DNA from: Selaginella moellendorffii
Taxonomy: Eukaryota > Plantae > Lycopodiophyta
Assembly: GCF_000143415.4 (NCBI RefSeq)
Contig: NW_003314375.1
Coordinates: forward strand, 310,001-374,000
Reading direction: 5' to 3'
Length of the DNA stretch: 64,000 nt
Positions 11,357 to 21,958 of the stretch are shown in pieces. A program made the position numbers and the translations under genes. The notes beneath the pieces were generated by a model. The model was not told the DNA's origin. It worked only from the letters and a program-made list of their open reading frames with translations, and ran no database searches. How positions within the stretch are numbered: the stretch's first letter is position 1; the number at the start of each line of letters is the position of its first letter.

Positions 11357-11809
11357 CTAGTGTCTTCCCGGATTTGAGGAAGCGGCACCAGCGAGCATCG
11401 GTCCGGTGGGCGCCGGCGAAGAGTGAGTGAGAGGAATCCAGCCTTTGGGATTGGCGGGGTCTTGGACCCATTGCATGGTGCTCATGTTTGGAATCTCCAC
11501 GAAGACCATGGAGAACTCGCCAATCTTCTCGAGCAGGCCCTTCTTCCCGGCGCGGAGCACCAGATTGGCCTTGTGAAAGGAGAAGATGCCGTTGGTGAGG
11601 CGGACGATGTCGCTGGGCTGGAAGGCGTCGCACTCGGCGCCCCACATCTGGAGGTGGACGCTGGCGGTGGAATCGGCGACGAGCGCGATGCACATGAGAA
11701 TGCCGCCGTCGCTGCGCGAGGCGTTGTACTTCTCCAGGATGATGAAGGTCGTGTTGATGTTGTTTCCCACCGAGGGGCGGAGATCACGGACCTTGAGCAT
11801 CGTCGCCAT
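11357..11809 (-). CDS. SOSS complex subunit B homolog (OB-fold ssDNA-binding)
   Basis: LKVRDLRP..INTTFIILEK..LVADSTASV..FQPSDIVRLTNG..KIGEFSMVFVEIPNMS. Confidence 0.9.
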   Translation of the reverse strand: MATMLKVRDLRPSVGNNINTTFIILEKYNASRSDGGILMCIALVADSTASVHLQMWGAECDAFQPSDIVRLTNGIFSFHKANLVLRAGKKGLLEKIGEFSMVFVEIPNMSTMQWVQDPANPKGWIPLTHSSPAPTGPMLAGAASSNPGRH

Positions 11810-11918
11810 TCTAGGGTTCTATAGGGCTTTTAGAAGTAACATTGATGTAAAGTTGAGTAACTCGTGTTGTTTAAAAACTAAAGTGCCCTAAGCGACGGCC
11901 GATAAAGCACTGCCTTGG

Positions 11919-13103
11919 CTAAATCCTCTGGGTTTCGGTCCACTCCCCTGTGCTCAAGTAGTAAACAAACACGATCCCTGTCTCCGAAAAAGTGACGAGG
12001 TTCCCCTCTGCAGCGGTCTTGCAACGGAAAATGTATCCAAGATTCCGCCGCCCAGGATACACTTCTTCAAGTATTGCGTCATGGAGAACTGCAGAGACTG
12101 GAACCAAGCCACCATTCTCATCGACTTTCCACACGCCATAGCCATCAACTCCGCAGTCCCCTTCCTCCCGGTCGCCTCCCGCATACATCCAACCGCTTGC
12201 AAAGTAGCGCTGGCCATTGTGATCCCACAGCCTCGTCGTGCACGTACCCGGGCGCGGCAAAACGCAGCGAAGACTCTCTCCACCTTCTCCAACCTTGTCT
12301 TCGTGGCCCGTTGTGATCCTCAGGCTGCGGACGGCCGCACCGGTGCTCCACCTGGCGCGGCCGAAGTCGTAAAATCCCAGGATGGTGAGGTCATAGAAGT
12401 AGTCGTCCAAGTCTGGAAATACAGCTCGAGGAGGAGGGCTTTGTTCATAAGCTATATTCCGCTGCTCCCTCGCCTTGACGTAGGATCGGGAGAACGGGAG
12501 CTTGGGGAGAGAAGACCACGCGCGTGTTGCCGAGTCGTAGATGCAGCACCAGTGGCCCGAGGTGTTGGGGGCGGTGTAGTACAGGCCGACTTTGAAGCCA
12601 TTATTGTAGACAAACATGGCAAAGTCGAGCGCTCCCACATCAGTGTGTCTTTCTCTGTCCTTCCAATGGAGCGGTGACAGTTCCATCCACTCTTGGGTGA
12701 CCGGATTGCCCACCACCAGGTGAAACAAATCGCTAGTGGGATCCAGGTCGGGTTTGGGCGAGCTCAAGATGCATACCAGGCCACCCGCGGAAGCAACGAC
12801 TACCGTATGAGGAAAGGGTTGTGGTGAGTAGGGCAACGCCAACTCCTCGTGGTTCGGCTGTGATGGATCCCAGGCGAGGCAACGGCTGCAGAAGGAGCTA
12901 GTCATAACCCGCAAGGATTCCTTGTCGCCACTGTTTTGGCACCAGCGGCGGCGGAAAGAGGGATTGCCGAGGATGGACTTCCATGACTTGCAAACGGCGG
13001 AGCATGCCGGCAGTGAGGCCAGGTCCACAAAGCTGAGAACCAACTCCAAAATGTCATCTTGAGCGAGCAAAACCGATACCGGCGTCTGCTTGGCCTGCTT
13101 CAT
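11919..13103 (-). CDS. F-box protein copy 1 (C-terminal frameshift)
   Basis: F-box DDILELVLSFVDLASLPACSAVCKSWKSI; ASAGGLVC..VGNPVTQEW; a 10-bp deletion versus copies 2-4 changes the last codons. Confidence 0.85.
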   Translation of the reverse strand: MKQAKQTPVSVLLAQDDILELVLSFVDLASLPACSAVCKSWKSILGNPSFRRRWCQNSGDKESLRVMTSSFCSRCLAWDPSQPNHEELALPYSPQPFPHTVVVASAGGLVCILSSPKPDLDPTSDLFHLVVGNPVTQEWMELSPLHWKDRERHTDVGALDFAMFVYNNGFKVGLYYTAPNTSGHWCCIYDSATRAWSSLPKLPFSRSYVKAREQRNIAYEQSPPPRAVFPDLDDYFYDLTILGFYDFGRARWSTGAAVRSLRITTGHEDKVGEGGESLRCVLPRPGTCTTRLWDHNGQRYFASGWMYAGGDREEGDCGVDGYGVWKVDENGGLVPVSAVLHDAILEEVYPGRRNLGYIFRCKTAAEGNLVTFSETGIVFVYYLSTGEWTETQRI

Positions 13104-13299
13104 CCCGAGGAATGCCTAAACGTGCTGCGCCTTATAGTGCTGCAAAAGGAAGAAAGGTAAGAATCAAGAATGGGATATTCCTTAAACCTTTGACAAAAAC
13201 CTCATTTTTTTATGAAGAGACGCCATACTTCTACTGCACAAGCAAAGCACCGCAAAGTGAGGGGAAGTAATCCCCCACAGATCTCGCCGCTCTTCTTGC

Positions 13300-13699
13300 A
13301 CAGCGCCTCAACTCAAATTTCACGATACAACGCTCCTTTCCTGCATGCTGTGGAATTTCCTGGCTTGAACCATATCCCCTCTCTGGGTATATCCTTCTAG
13401 TATGCTGCCTTGGCCTTCTCAAACCGCCCATTTGTTGTGTAGGCATTGCGCAGCGTATTCCAGGAGAACACATCCTTCACTGGTATTCTCTCGTAGAAAA
13501 GCTCCTCTACTTCGAACAATTTCCCCTTCTCGGCAGCAAGCGCGGCGAGCATCTCCCTTGTTAATCTCTCACGCCTAAGATGTTTCCTTGTCCGCGCTCC
13601 CACCATGAGAAGATTGGAGATGTATCGCACCTTGTGGTAGGCGCTGGCAAGCACCCCGCTTGGCACCGTCAAGATCTTTCGTCTCTTTAGATTCTTCAA
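13300..13699 (-). pseudogene. PPR gene relic, copy 1
   Basis: ELFYERIPVKDVFSWNTLRNAYTTNGRFEKAK followed by stops; one degenerate PPR motif, no ATG at ORF start. Confidence 0.6.
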
Positions 13700-14210
13700 T
13701 GGGACTACTTGAAGATTGAAGTTACAATTGAAGTTACGTCATTCGAGATCTACACGAGATAGTGGAAGTTTGTGAAAAAAGAATTTCACAGTCAGAGTAA
13801 GAAGTAGTGTTTCATACTTTACCAACTGGAACTATATAACTTGCGGTGTATCCACTCTCCATTTTCTCAGCGTTCAGCAGCCTCTGGACATCCAACAATG
13901 GATGGTTTGTAGGAAAGGCGAGAATCACACAGTTCCAGGTCCAATCGCATTTAATCGTACTCGAATTCTGAACATGTATCTGGATTTACAAAGAAAGGTT
14001 TTGGGTGCTGCGCTTAAAACTAAAGTGTCCTGATCGACGGCCGATAAAGACTCCCTTAGCTAACTCATTTGGTTTCCACCCACTCCACCCCACTGCTGAT
14101 TCCGAAAAGGTGGCGAGGTTCCAGCGGTATTGCAACAAAAAATGTGTCCGGGGTACACTTCCTCAAGTATGGCGTTATGAAGCCCTGCGGAGACTGTAAC
14201 TAAGTCACCT

Positions 14211-15077
14211 TTGTCACCCTGGCGCGGCAAAACGGAGCCATCTTCTCTAGCTCGCTGCGCAGCACCAGATCTGCTCTTTCACGGCCAGTCTCTCGTCTTC
14301 AAGAGGTTTACGATAGATATGGACGAATGCGCTCTGTGTTCGGCGCTCCTCTCCCGGTCCACTAAGAGCTACACCTCACGAGTTCTCATCGATCGCTACA
14401 GCCTCTTTGTCAACGATTACATAGACTCGAAGCAGCTGCACTACTTGCTAGCTGAGAACCAAGCGGAGCTAGAGAACATGGCTGGTTCCAGAGGCAGCTC
14501 GAACAACTTCATGGCTCGTATAGTTCCAGTCTACGTCTTTGATCTCAAGAGCGACAGGATCGTCATGCTGGACCGCGACCATCAGTCGATGGCTTTCAGG
14601 GACATGATAATCGCGATCCGGAGCAAAGGATACCAGACAGTGTCCGAGTTCAATTGCAACCATCGTCCCATGATGGTGGAGACGAGAAGGCTCGAGCGTC
14701 CACTGGTCGCGTCGCTGCTTCAAACTCTGTGGGGCGTGACACCAACGTACCTCACCTGGAGCAGCGAGCACAACTCGACGTTTCTAGACTACACTTGGAG
14801 CCTGGGGAACACGCCGTTCGGTCCGTTTTCGAAGCTCTCGTCGCTGTCATTCGCGCAGAGAGACGCTGCTCCTCGCAACGTCCTGCACACGATGCTCAAC
14901 ACGACGGTGTGGGGAGCCATTGAGATGCTGGAAACGTTGAAGGGACTGGGAGGCGAGAAGGCTGTGCTCAAGAGCAGGCAGGGGACGGAGATGAACCAGA
15001 GATGGAACTTACTACTCTACAAGCTCAACAAGGCAACATCGGCCATGTCTCACTTCGATTTCAACTTGGCTCTCTGA
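14211..15077 (+). pseudogene. Chimeric partial duplicate (3' half) of the gene at 25226, copy 1
   Basis: 14270-15074 nearly identical to about 26248-27052; TTG start within an F-box remnant; new stop after FNLAL. Confidence 0.8.
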
Positions 15078-15211
15078 TGCCTGTGTGGTAGGTCTTTTTC
15101 TTCTTCTCATGCAAAGCTCATTCGTGAAAGAAAGACAAAAGGCATCATACTATTAAAATAAATTGAATTTACATGTTTACATTTGTACAATGTGTGTAAA
15201 GTTGCATGAAT

Positions 15212-16480
15212 TCACTCTAATCGCTCCAACTCGTGTTGCTTAGACTTAAGTGTCCTAAGCGACGGCCGATAAAGCACTGCCTTGGCAAAATCATCTGGGT
15301 TCCGGTCCACTCCACCCCACTGCCCTGTGCTCAAGTAGTAAACAAACACGATCCCTGTCTCCGAAAAAGTGACGAGGTTCCCCTCTGCAGCGGTATTGCA
15401 ACGGAAAATGTATCCAAGATTCCGCCGCCCAGGATACACTTCTTCAAGTATTGCGTCATGGAGAACTGCAGAGACTGGAACCAAGCCACCATTCTCATCG
15501 ACTTTCCACACGCCATAGCCATCAACTCCGCAGTCCCCTTCCTCCCGGTCACCTCCCGCATACATCCAACCGCTTGCAAAGTAGCGCTGGCCATTGTGCT
15601 CCCACAGCCTCGTCGTGCATGTACCTGGGAGCGGCAAAACGCAGCGCAGACTCTCTCCACCTTCTTCAACCTTGTCTTCGTGGCCCGTTGTGATCCTCAG
15701 GCTGCGGACGGCCGCACCGGTGCACCACCTGGCGCGGCCGAAGTCGTACAATCCCAGGATGGTGAGGTCATAGAAGTAGTCGTCCAAGTCTGGAAATACA
15801 GCTCGAGGAGGAAAGCTTTGTTCGTAAGCTATATTCCGCTGCTTCCTCGCCTTGACGTAGGATCGGGAGAACGGGAGCTTGGGGAGAGAAGACCACGCGC
15901 GTGTTGCCGAGTCGTAGATGCAGCACCAGTGGCCCGAGGTGTTGGGGGCGGTGTAGTACAGGCCGACTTTGAAGCCATTATTGTAGACAAACATGGCAAA
16001 GTCGAGCGCTCCCACATCAGTGTGTCTTTCTCTGTCCTTCCAATGGAGCGGTGACAGTTCCATCCACTCTTGGGTGACCGGATTGCCCACCACCAGGTGA
16101 AACAAATCGCTAGTGGGATCCAGGTCGGGTTTGGGCGAGCTCAAGATGCATACCAGGCCACCCGCGGAAGCAACGACTACCGTATGAGGAAAGGGTTGTG
16201 GTGAGTAGGGCAACGCCAACTCCTCGTGGTTCGGCTGTGATGGATCCCAGGCGAGGCAACGGCTGCAGAAGGAGCTAGTCATAACCCGCAAGGATTCCTT
16301 GTCGCCACTGTTTTGGCACCAGCGGCGGCGGAAAGAGGGATTGCCGAGGATGGACTTCCATGACTTGCAAACGGCGGAGCATGCCGGCAGTGAGGCCAGG
16401 TCCACAAAGCTGAGAACCAACTCCAAAATGTCATCTTGAGCGAGCAAAACCGATACCGGCGTCTGCTTGGCCTGCTTCAT
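15212..16480 (-). CDS. F-box protein copy 2
   Basis: 422-aa intact intronless ORF with N-terminal F-box and C-terminal YRPSLR. Confidence 0.88.
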   Translation of the reverse strand: MKQAKQTPVSVLLAQDDILELVLSFVDLASLPACSAVCKSWKSILGNPSFRRRWCQNSGDKESLRVMTSSFCSRCLAWDPSQPNHEELALPYSPQPFPHTVVVASAGGLVCILSSPKPDLDPTSDLFHLVVGNPVTQEWMELSPLHWKDRERHTDVGALDFAMFVYNNGFKVGLYYTAPNTSGHWCCIYDSATRAWSSLPKLPFSRSYVKARKQRNIAYEQSFPPRAVFPDLDDYFYDLTILGLYDFGRARWCTGAAVRSLRITTGHEDKVEEGGESLRCVLPLPGTCTTRLWEHNGQRYFASGWMYAGGDREEGDCGVDGYGVWKVDENGGLVPVSAVLHDAILEEVYPGRRNLGYIFRCNTAAEGNLVTFSETGIVFVYYLSTGQWGGVDRNPDDFAKAVLYRPSLRTLKSKQHELERLE

Positions 16481-16676
16481 CCCGAGGAATGCCTAAACGT
16501 GCTGCGCCTTATAGTGCTGCAAAAGGAAGAAAGGTAAGAATCAAGAATGGGATATTCCTTAAACCTTTGACAAAAACCTCATTTTTTTATGAAGAGACGC
16601 CATACTTCTACTGCACAAGCAAAGCACCCCAAAGTGAGGGGAAGTAATCCCCCACAGATCTCGCCGCTCTTCTTGC

Positions 16677-17076
16677 ACAGCGCCTCAACTCAAATTTCAC
16701 GATACAACGCTCCTTTCCTGCATGCTGTGGAATTTCCTGGCTTGAACCATATCCCCTCTCTGGGTATATCCTTCTAGTATGCTGCCTTGGCCTTCTCAAA
16801 CCGCCCATTTGTTGTGTAGGCATTGCGCAGCGTATTCCAGGAGAACACATCCTTCACTGGTATTCTCTCGTAGAAAAGCTCCTCTACTTCGAACAATTTC
16901 CCCTTCTCGGCAGCAAGCGCGGCGAGCATCTCCCTTGTTAATCTCTCACGCCTAAGATGTTTCCTTGTCCGCGCTCCCACCATGAGAAGATTGGAGATGT
17001 ATCGCACCTTGTGGTAGGCGCTGGCAAGCACCCCGCTTGGCACCGTCAAGATCTTTCGTCTCTTTAGATTCTTCAA
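16677..17076 (-). pseudogene. PPR gene relic, copy 2
   Basis: Translation identical to copy 1. Confidence 0.6.
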
Positions 17077-17586
17077 TGGGACTACTTGAAGATTGAAGTT
17101 ACAATTGAAGTTACGTCATTCGAGATCTACACGAGATAGTGGAAGTTTGTGAAAAAGAATTTCACAGTCAGAGTAAGAAGTAGTGTTTCATACTTTACCA
17201 ACTGGAACTATATAACTTGCGGTGTATCCACTCTCCATTTTCTCAGCGTTCAGCAGCCTCTGGACATCCAACAATGGATGGTTTGTAGGAAAGGCGAGAA
17301 TCACACAGTTCCAGGTCCAATCGCATTTAATCGTACTCGAATTCTGAACATGTATCTGGATTTACAAAGAAAGGTTTTGGGTGCTGCGCTTAAAACTAAA
17401 GTGTCCTGATCGACGGCCGATAAAGACTCCCTTAGCTAACTCATTTGGTTTCCACCCACTCCACCCCACTGCTGATTCCGAAAAGGTGGCGAGGTTCCAG
17501 CGGTATTGCAACAAAAAATGTGTCCGGGGTACACTTCCTCAAGTATGGCGTTATGAAGCCCTGCGGAGACTGTAACTAAGTCACCT

Positions 17587-18453
17587 TTGTCACCCTGGCG
17601 CGGCAAAACGGAGCCATCTTCTCTAGCTCGCTGCGCAGCACCAGATCTGCTCTTTCACGGCCAGTCTCTCGTCTTCAAGAGGTTTACGATAGATATGGAC
17701 GAATGCGCTCTGTGTTCGGCGCTCCTCTCCCGGTCCACTAAGAGCTACACCTCACGAGTTCTCATCGATCGCTACAGCCTCTTTGTCAACGATTACATAG
17801 ACTCGAAGCAGCTGCACTACTTGCTAGCTGAGAACCAAGCGGAGCTAGAGAACATGGCTGGTTCCAGAGGCAGCTCGAACAACTTCATGGCTCGTATAGT
17901 TCCAGTCTACGTCTTTGATCTCAAGAGCGACAGGATCGTCATGCTGGACCGCGACCATCAGTCGATGGCTTTCAGGGACATGATAATCGCGATCCGGAGC
18001 AAAGGATACCAGACAGTGTCCGAGTTCAATTGCAACCATCGTCCCATGATGGTGGAGACGAGAAGGCTCGAGCGTCCACTGGTCGCGTCGCTGCTTCAAA
18101 CTCTGTGGGGCGTGACACCAACGTACCTCACCTGGAGCAGCGAGCACAACTCGACGTTTCTAGACTACACTTGGAGCCTGGGGAACACGCCGTTCGGTCC
18201 GTTTTCGAAGCTCTCGTCGCTGTCATTCGCGCAGAGAGACGCTGCTCCTCGCAACGTCCTGCACACGATGCTCAACACGACGGTGTGGGGAGCCATTGAG
18301 ATGCTGGAAACGTTGAAGGGACTGGGAGGCGAGAAGGCTGTGCTCAAGAGCAGGCAGGGGACGGAGATGAACCAGAGATGGAACTTACTACTCTACAAGC
18401 TCAACAAGGCAACATCGGCCATGTCTCACTTCGATTTCAACTTGGCTCTCTGA
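17587..18453 (+). pseudogene. Chimeric partial duplicate of the gene at 25226, copy 2
   Basis: Translation identical to 14211-15077. Confidence 0.8.
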
Positions 18454-18587
18454 TGCCTGTGTGGTAGGTCTTTTTCTTCTTCTCATGCAAAGCTCATTCG
18501 TGAAAGAAAGACAAAAGGCATCATACTATTAAAATAAATTGAATTTACATGTTTACATTTGTACAATGTGTGTAAAGTTGCATGAAT

Positions 18588-19859
18588 TCACTCTAATCGC
18601 TCCAACTCGTGTTGCTTAGACTTAAGTGTCCTAAGCGACGGCCGATAAAGCACTGCCTTGGCAAAATCATCTGGGTTCCGGTCCACTCCACCCCACTGCC
18701 CTGTGCTCAAGTAGTAAACAAACACGATCCCTGTCTCCGAAAAAGTGACGAGGTTCCCCTCTGCAGCGGTATTGCAACGGAAAATGTATCCAAGATTCCG
18801 CCGCCCAGGATACACTTCTTCAAGTATTGCGTCATGGAGAACTGCAGAGACTGGAACCAAGCCACCATTCTCATCGACTTTCCACACGCCATAGCCATCA
18901 ACTCCGCAGTCCCCTTCCTCCCGGTCACCTCCCGCATACATCCAACCGCTTGCAAAGTAGCGCTGGCCATTGTGCTCCCACAGCCTCGTCGTGCATGTAC
19001 CTGGGAGCGGCAAAACGCAGCGCAGACTCTCTCCACCTTGTTCAACCTTGTCTTCGTGGCCCGTTGTGATCCTCAGGCTGCGGACGGCCGCACCGGTGCA
19101 CCACCTGGCGCGGCCGAAGTCGTACAATCCCAGGATGGTGAGGTCATAGAAGTAGTCGTCCAAGTCTGGAAATACAGCTCGAGGAGGAAAGCTTTGTTCG
19201 TAAGCTATATTCCGCTGCTTCCTCGCCTTGACGTAGGATCGGGAGAACGGGAGCTTGGGGAGAGAAGACCACGCGCGTGTTGCCGAGTCGTAGATGCAGC
19301 ACCAGTGGCCCGAGGTGTTGGGGGCGGTGTAGTACAGGCCGACTTTGAAGCCATTATTGTAGACAAACATGGCAAAGTCGAGCGCTCCCACATCAGTGTG
19401 TCTTTCTCTGTCCTTCCAATGGAGCGGTGACAGTTCCATCCACTCTTGGGTGACCGGATTGCCCACCACCAGGTGAAACAAATCGCTAGTGGGATCCAGG
19501 TCGGGTTTGGGCGAGCTCAAGATGCATACCAGGCCACCCGCGGAAGCAACGACTACCGTATGAGGAAAGGGTTGTGGTGAGTAGGGCAACGCCAACTCCT
19601 CGTGGTTCGGCTGTGATGGATCCCAGGCGAGGCAACGGTGGCTGCAGAAGGAGCTAGTCATAACCCGCAAGGATTCCTTGTCGCCACTGTTTTGGCACCA
19701 CCGGCGGCGAAAGGATGGATTGCCGAGGATGGACTTCCATGACTTGCAAACGACGGAGCATGCCGGTAGTGAGGCCAGGTCCACAAAGCTGAGAACCAAC
19801 TCCAAAATATCATCTTGAGCGAGCAGAACCGATACAGGCGTCTGCTTGGCCTGCTTCAT
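18588..19859 (-). CDS. F-box protein copy 3
   Basis: 423-aa ORF with one extra His codon versus copy 2. Confidence 0.88.
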   Translation of the reverse strand: MKQAKQTPVSVLLAQDDILELVLSFVDLASLPACSVVCKSWKSILGNPSFRRRWCQNSGDKESLRVMTSSFCSHRCLAWDPSQPNHEELALPYSPQPFPHTVVVASAGGLVCILSSPKPDLDPTSDLFHLVVGNPVTQEWMELSPLHWKDRERHTDVGALDFAMFVYNNGFKVGLYYTAPNTSGHWCCIYDSATRAWSSLPKLPFSRSYVKARKQRNIAYEQSFPPRAVFPDLDDYFYDLTILGLYDFGRARWCTGAAVRSLRITTGHEDKVEQGGESLRCVLPLPGTCTTRLWEHNGQRYFASGWMYAGGDREEGDCGVDGYGVWKVDENGGLVPVSAVLHDAILEEVYPGRRNLGYIFRCNTAAEGNLVTFSETGIVFVYYLSTGQWGGVDRNPDDFAKAVLYRPSLRTLKSKQHELERLE

Positions 19860-20063
19860 CCCGAGGAATGCCTAAAAGTGCTGCGCCTTATAGTGCTGCA
19901 AAGGGAAGAAACGTGAGAATCAAGAATGGGATATTCCTTAAACCTTTGACAAAAACCTCATTTTTTATGAAGAGACGCCATACTATTGCTCTTCTACTGC
20001 ACAAGCAAAGCACCGCAAAGTGAGGGGAAGTAATCCCCCACAGATCTCGCCGCTCTTCTTGCA

Positions 20064-20453
20064 CAGCGCCTCAACTCAAATTTCACGATACAACGCTCCT
20101 TTCCTGCATGCTGTGGAATTTCCTGGCTTGAACCATATCCCTATATCCTTCTAGTATGCTGCCTTGGCCTTCTCAAACCGCCCATTTGTTGTGTAGGCAC
20201 TGCGCAGCGTATTCCAGGAGAACACATCCTTCACTGGTATTCTCTCGTAGAAAAGCTCCTCTACTTCGAACAATTTCCCCTTCTTGGCAGCAAGCGCGGC
20301 GAGCATCTCCCTTGTTAATCTCTCACGCCTAAGATGTTTCCTTGTCCGCGCTCCCACCATGAGAAGATTGGAGATGTATCGCACCTTGTGGTAGGCGCTG
20401 GCAAGCACCCCGCTTGGCACCGTCAAGATCTTTCGTCTCTTTAGATTCTTCAA
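20064..20453 (-). pseudogene. PPR gene relic, copy 3
   Basis: Two substitutions versus copy 1. Confidence 0.6.
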
Positions 20454-20963
20454 TGGGACTACTTGAAGATTGAAGTTACAATTGAAGTTACGTCATTCGA
20501 GATCTACACGAGATAGTGGAAGTTTGTGAAAAAGAATTTCACAGTCAGAGTAAGAAGTAGTGTTTCATACTTTACCAACTGGGACTATATAACTTGCGGT
20601 GTATCCACTCTCCATTTTCTCAGCGTTCAGCAGCCTCTGGACATCCAACAATGGATGGTTTGGAGGAAAGGCGAGAATCACACAGTTCCAGGTCCAATCG
20701 CATTTAATCGTACTCGAATTCTGAACATGTATCTGGATTTACAAAGAAAGGTTTTGGGTGCTGCGCTTAAAACTAAAGTGTCCTGATCGACGGCCGATAA
20801 AGACTCCCTTAGCTAACTCATTTGGTTTCCACCCACTCCACCCCACTGCTGATTCCGAAAAGGTGGCGAGGTTCCAGCGGTATTGCAACAAAAAATGTGT
20901 CCGGGGTACACTTCCTCAAGTATGGCGTTATGAAGCCCTGCGGAGACTGTAACTAAGTCACCT

Positions 20964-21824
20964 TTGTCACCCTGGCGCGGCAAAACGGAGCCATCTTCTC
21001 TAGCTCGCTGCGCAGCACCAGATCTGCTCTTTCACGGCCAGTCTCTCGTCTTCAAGAGGTTTACGATAGATATGGACGAATGCGCTCTGTGTTCGGCGCT
21101 CCTCTCCCGGTCCACTAAGAGCTACACCTCACGAGTTCTCATCGATCGCTACAGCCTCTTTGTCAACGATTACATAGACTCGAAGCAGCTGCACTACTTG
21201 CTAGCTGAGAACCAAGCGGAGCTAGAGAACATGGCTGGTTCCAGAGGCAGCTCGAACAACTTCATGGCTCGTATAGTTCCAGTCTACGTCTTTGATCTCA
21301 AGAGCGACAGGATCGTCATGCTGGACCGCGACCATCAGTCGATGGCTTTCAGGGACATGATAATCGCGATCCGGAGCAAAGGATACCAGACAGTGTCCGA
21401 GTTCAACCATCGTCCCATGATGGTGGAGACGAGAAGGCTCGAGCGTCCACTGGTCGCGTCGCTGCTTCAAACTCTGTGGGGCGTGACACCAACGTACCTC
21501 ACCTGGAGCAGCGAGCACAACTCGACGTTTCTAGACTACACTTGGAGCCTGGGGAACACGCCGTTCGGTCCGTTTTCGAAGCTCTCGTCGCTGTCATTCG
21601 CGCAGAGAGACGCTGCTCCTCGCAACGTCCTGCACACGATGCTCAACACGACGGTGTGGGGAGCCATTGAGATGCTGGAAACGTTGAAGGGACTGGGAGG
21701 CGAGAAGGCTGTGCTCAAGAGCAGGCAGGGGACGGAGATGAACCAGAGATGGAACTTACTACTCTACAAGCTCAACAAGGCAACATCGGCCATGTCTCAC
21801 TTCGATTTCAACTTGGCTCTCTGA
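20964..21824 (+). pseudogene. Chimeric partial duplicate of the gene at 25226, copy 3
   Basis: Same as copies 1-2 with a 6-bp in-frame deletion (FNCNHR to FNHR). Confidence 0.8.
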
Positions 21825-21958
21825 TGCCTGTGTGGTAGGTCTTTTTCTTCTTCTCATGCAAAGCTCATTCGTGAAAGAAAGACAAAAGGCATCATACTAT
21901 TAAAATAAATTGAATTTACATGTTTACATTTGTACAATGTGTGTAAAGTTGCATGAAT

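Noticed and set aside
15233-16054. 273-aa plus-strand ORF repeated in each unit
   Set aside because: Antisense shadow of the F-box CDS with a non-ATG start; conservation is explained by recent duplication
17149-17409. 86-aa spacer ORF (MKKNFTVRVR..)
   Set aside because: GTG start, broken by a longer A-run in units 1 and 4, no recognisable motif
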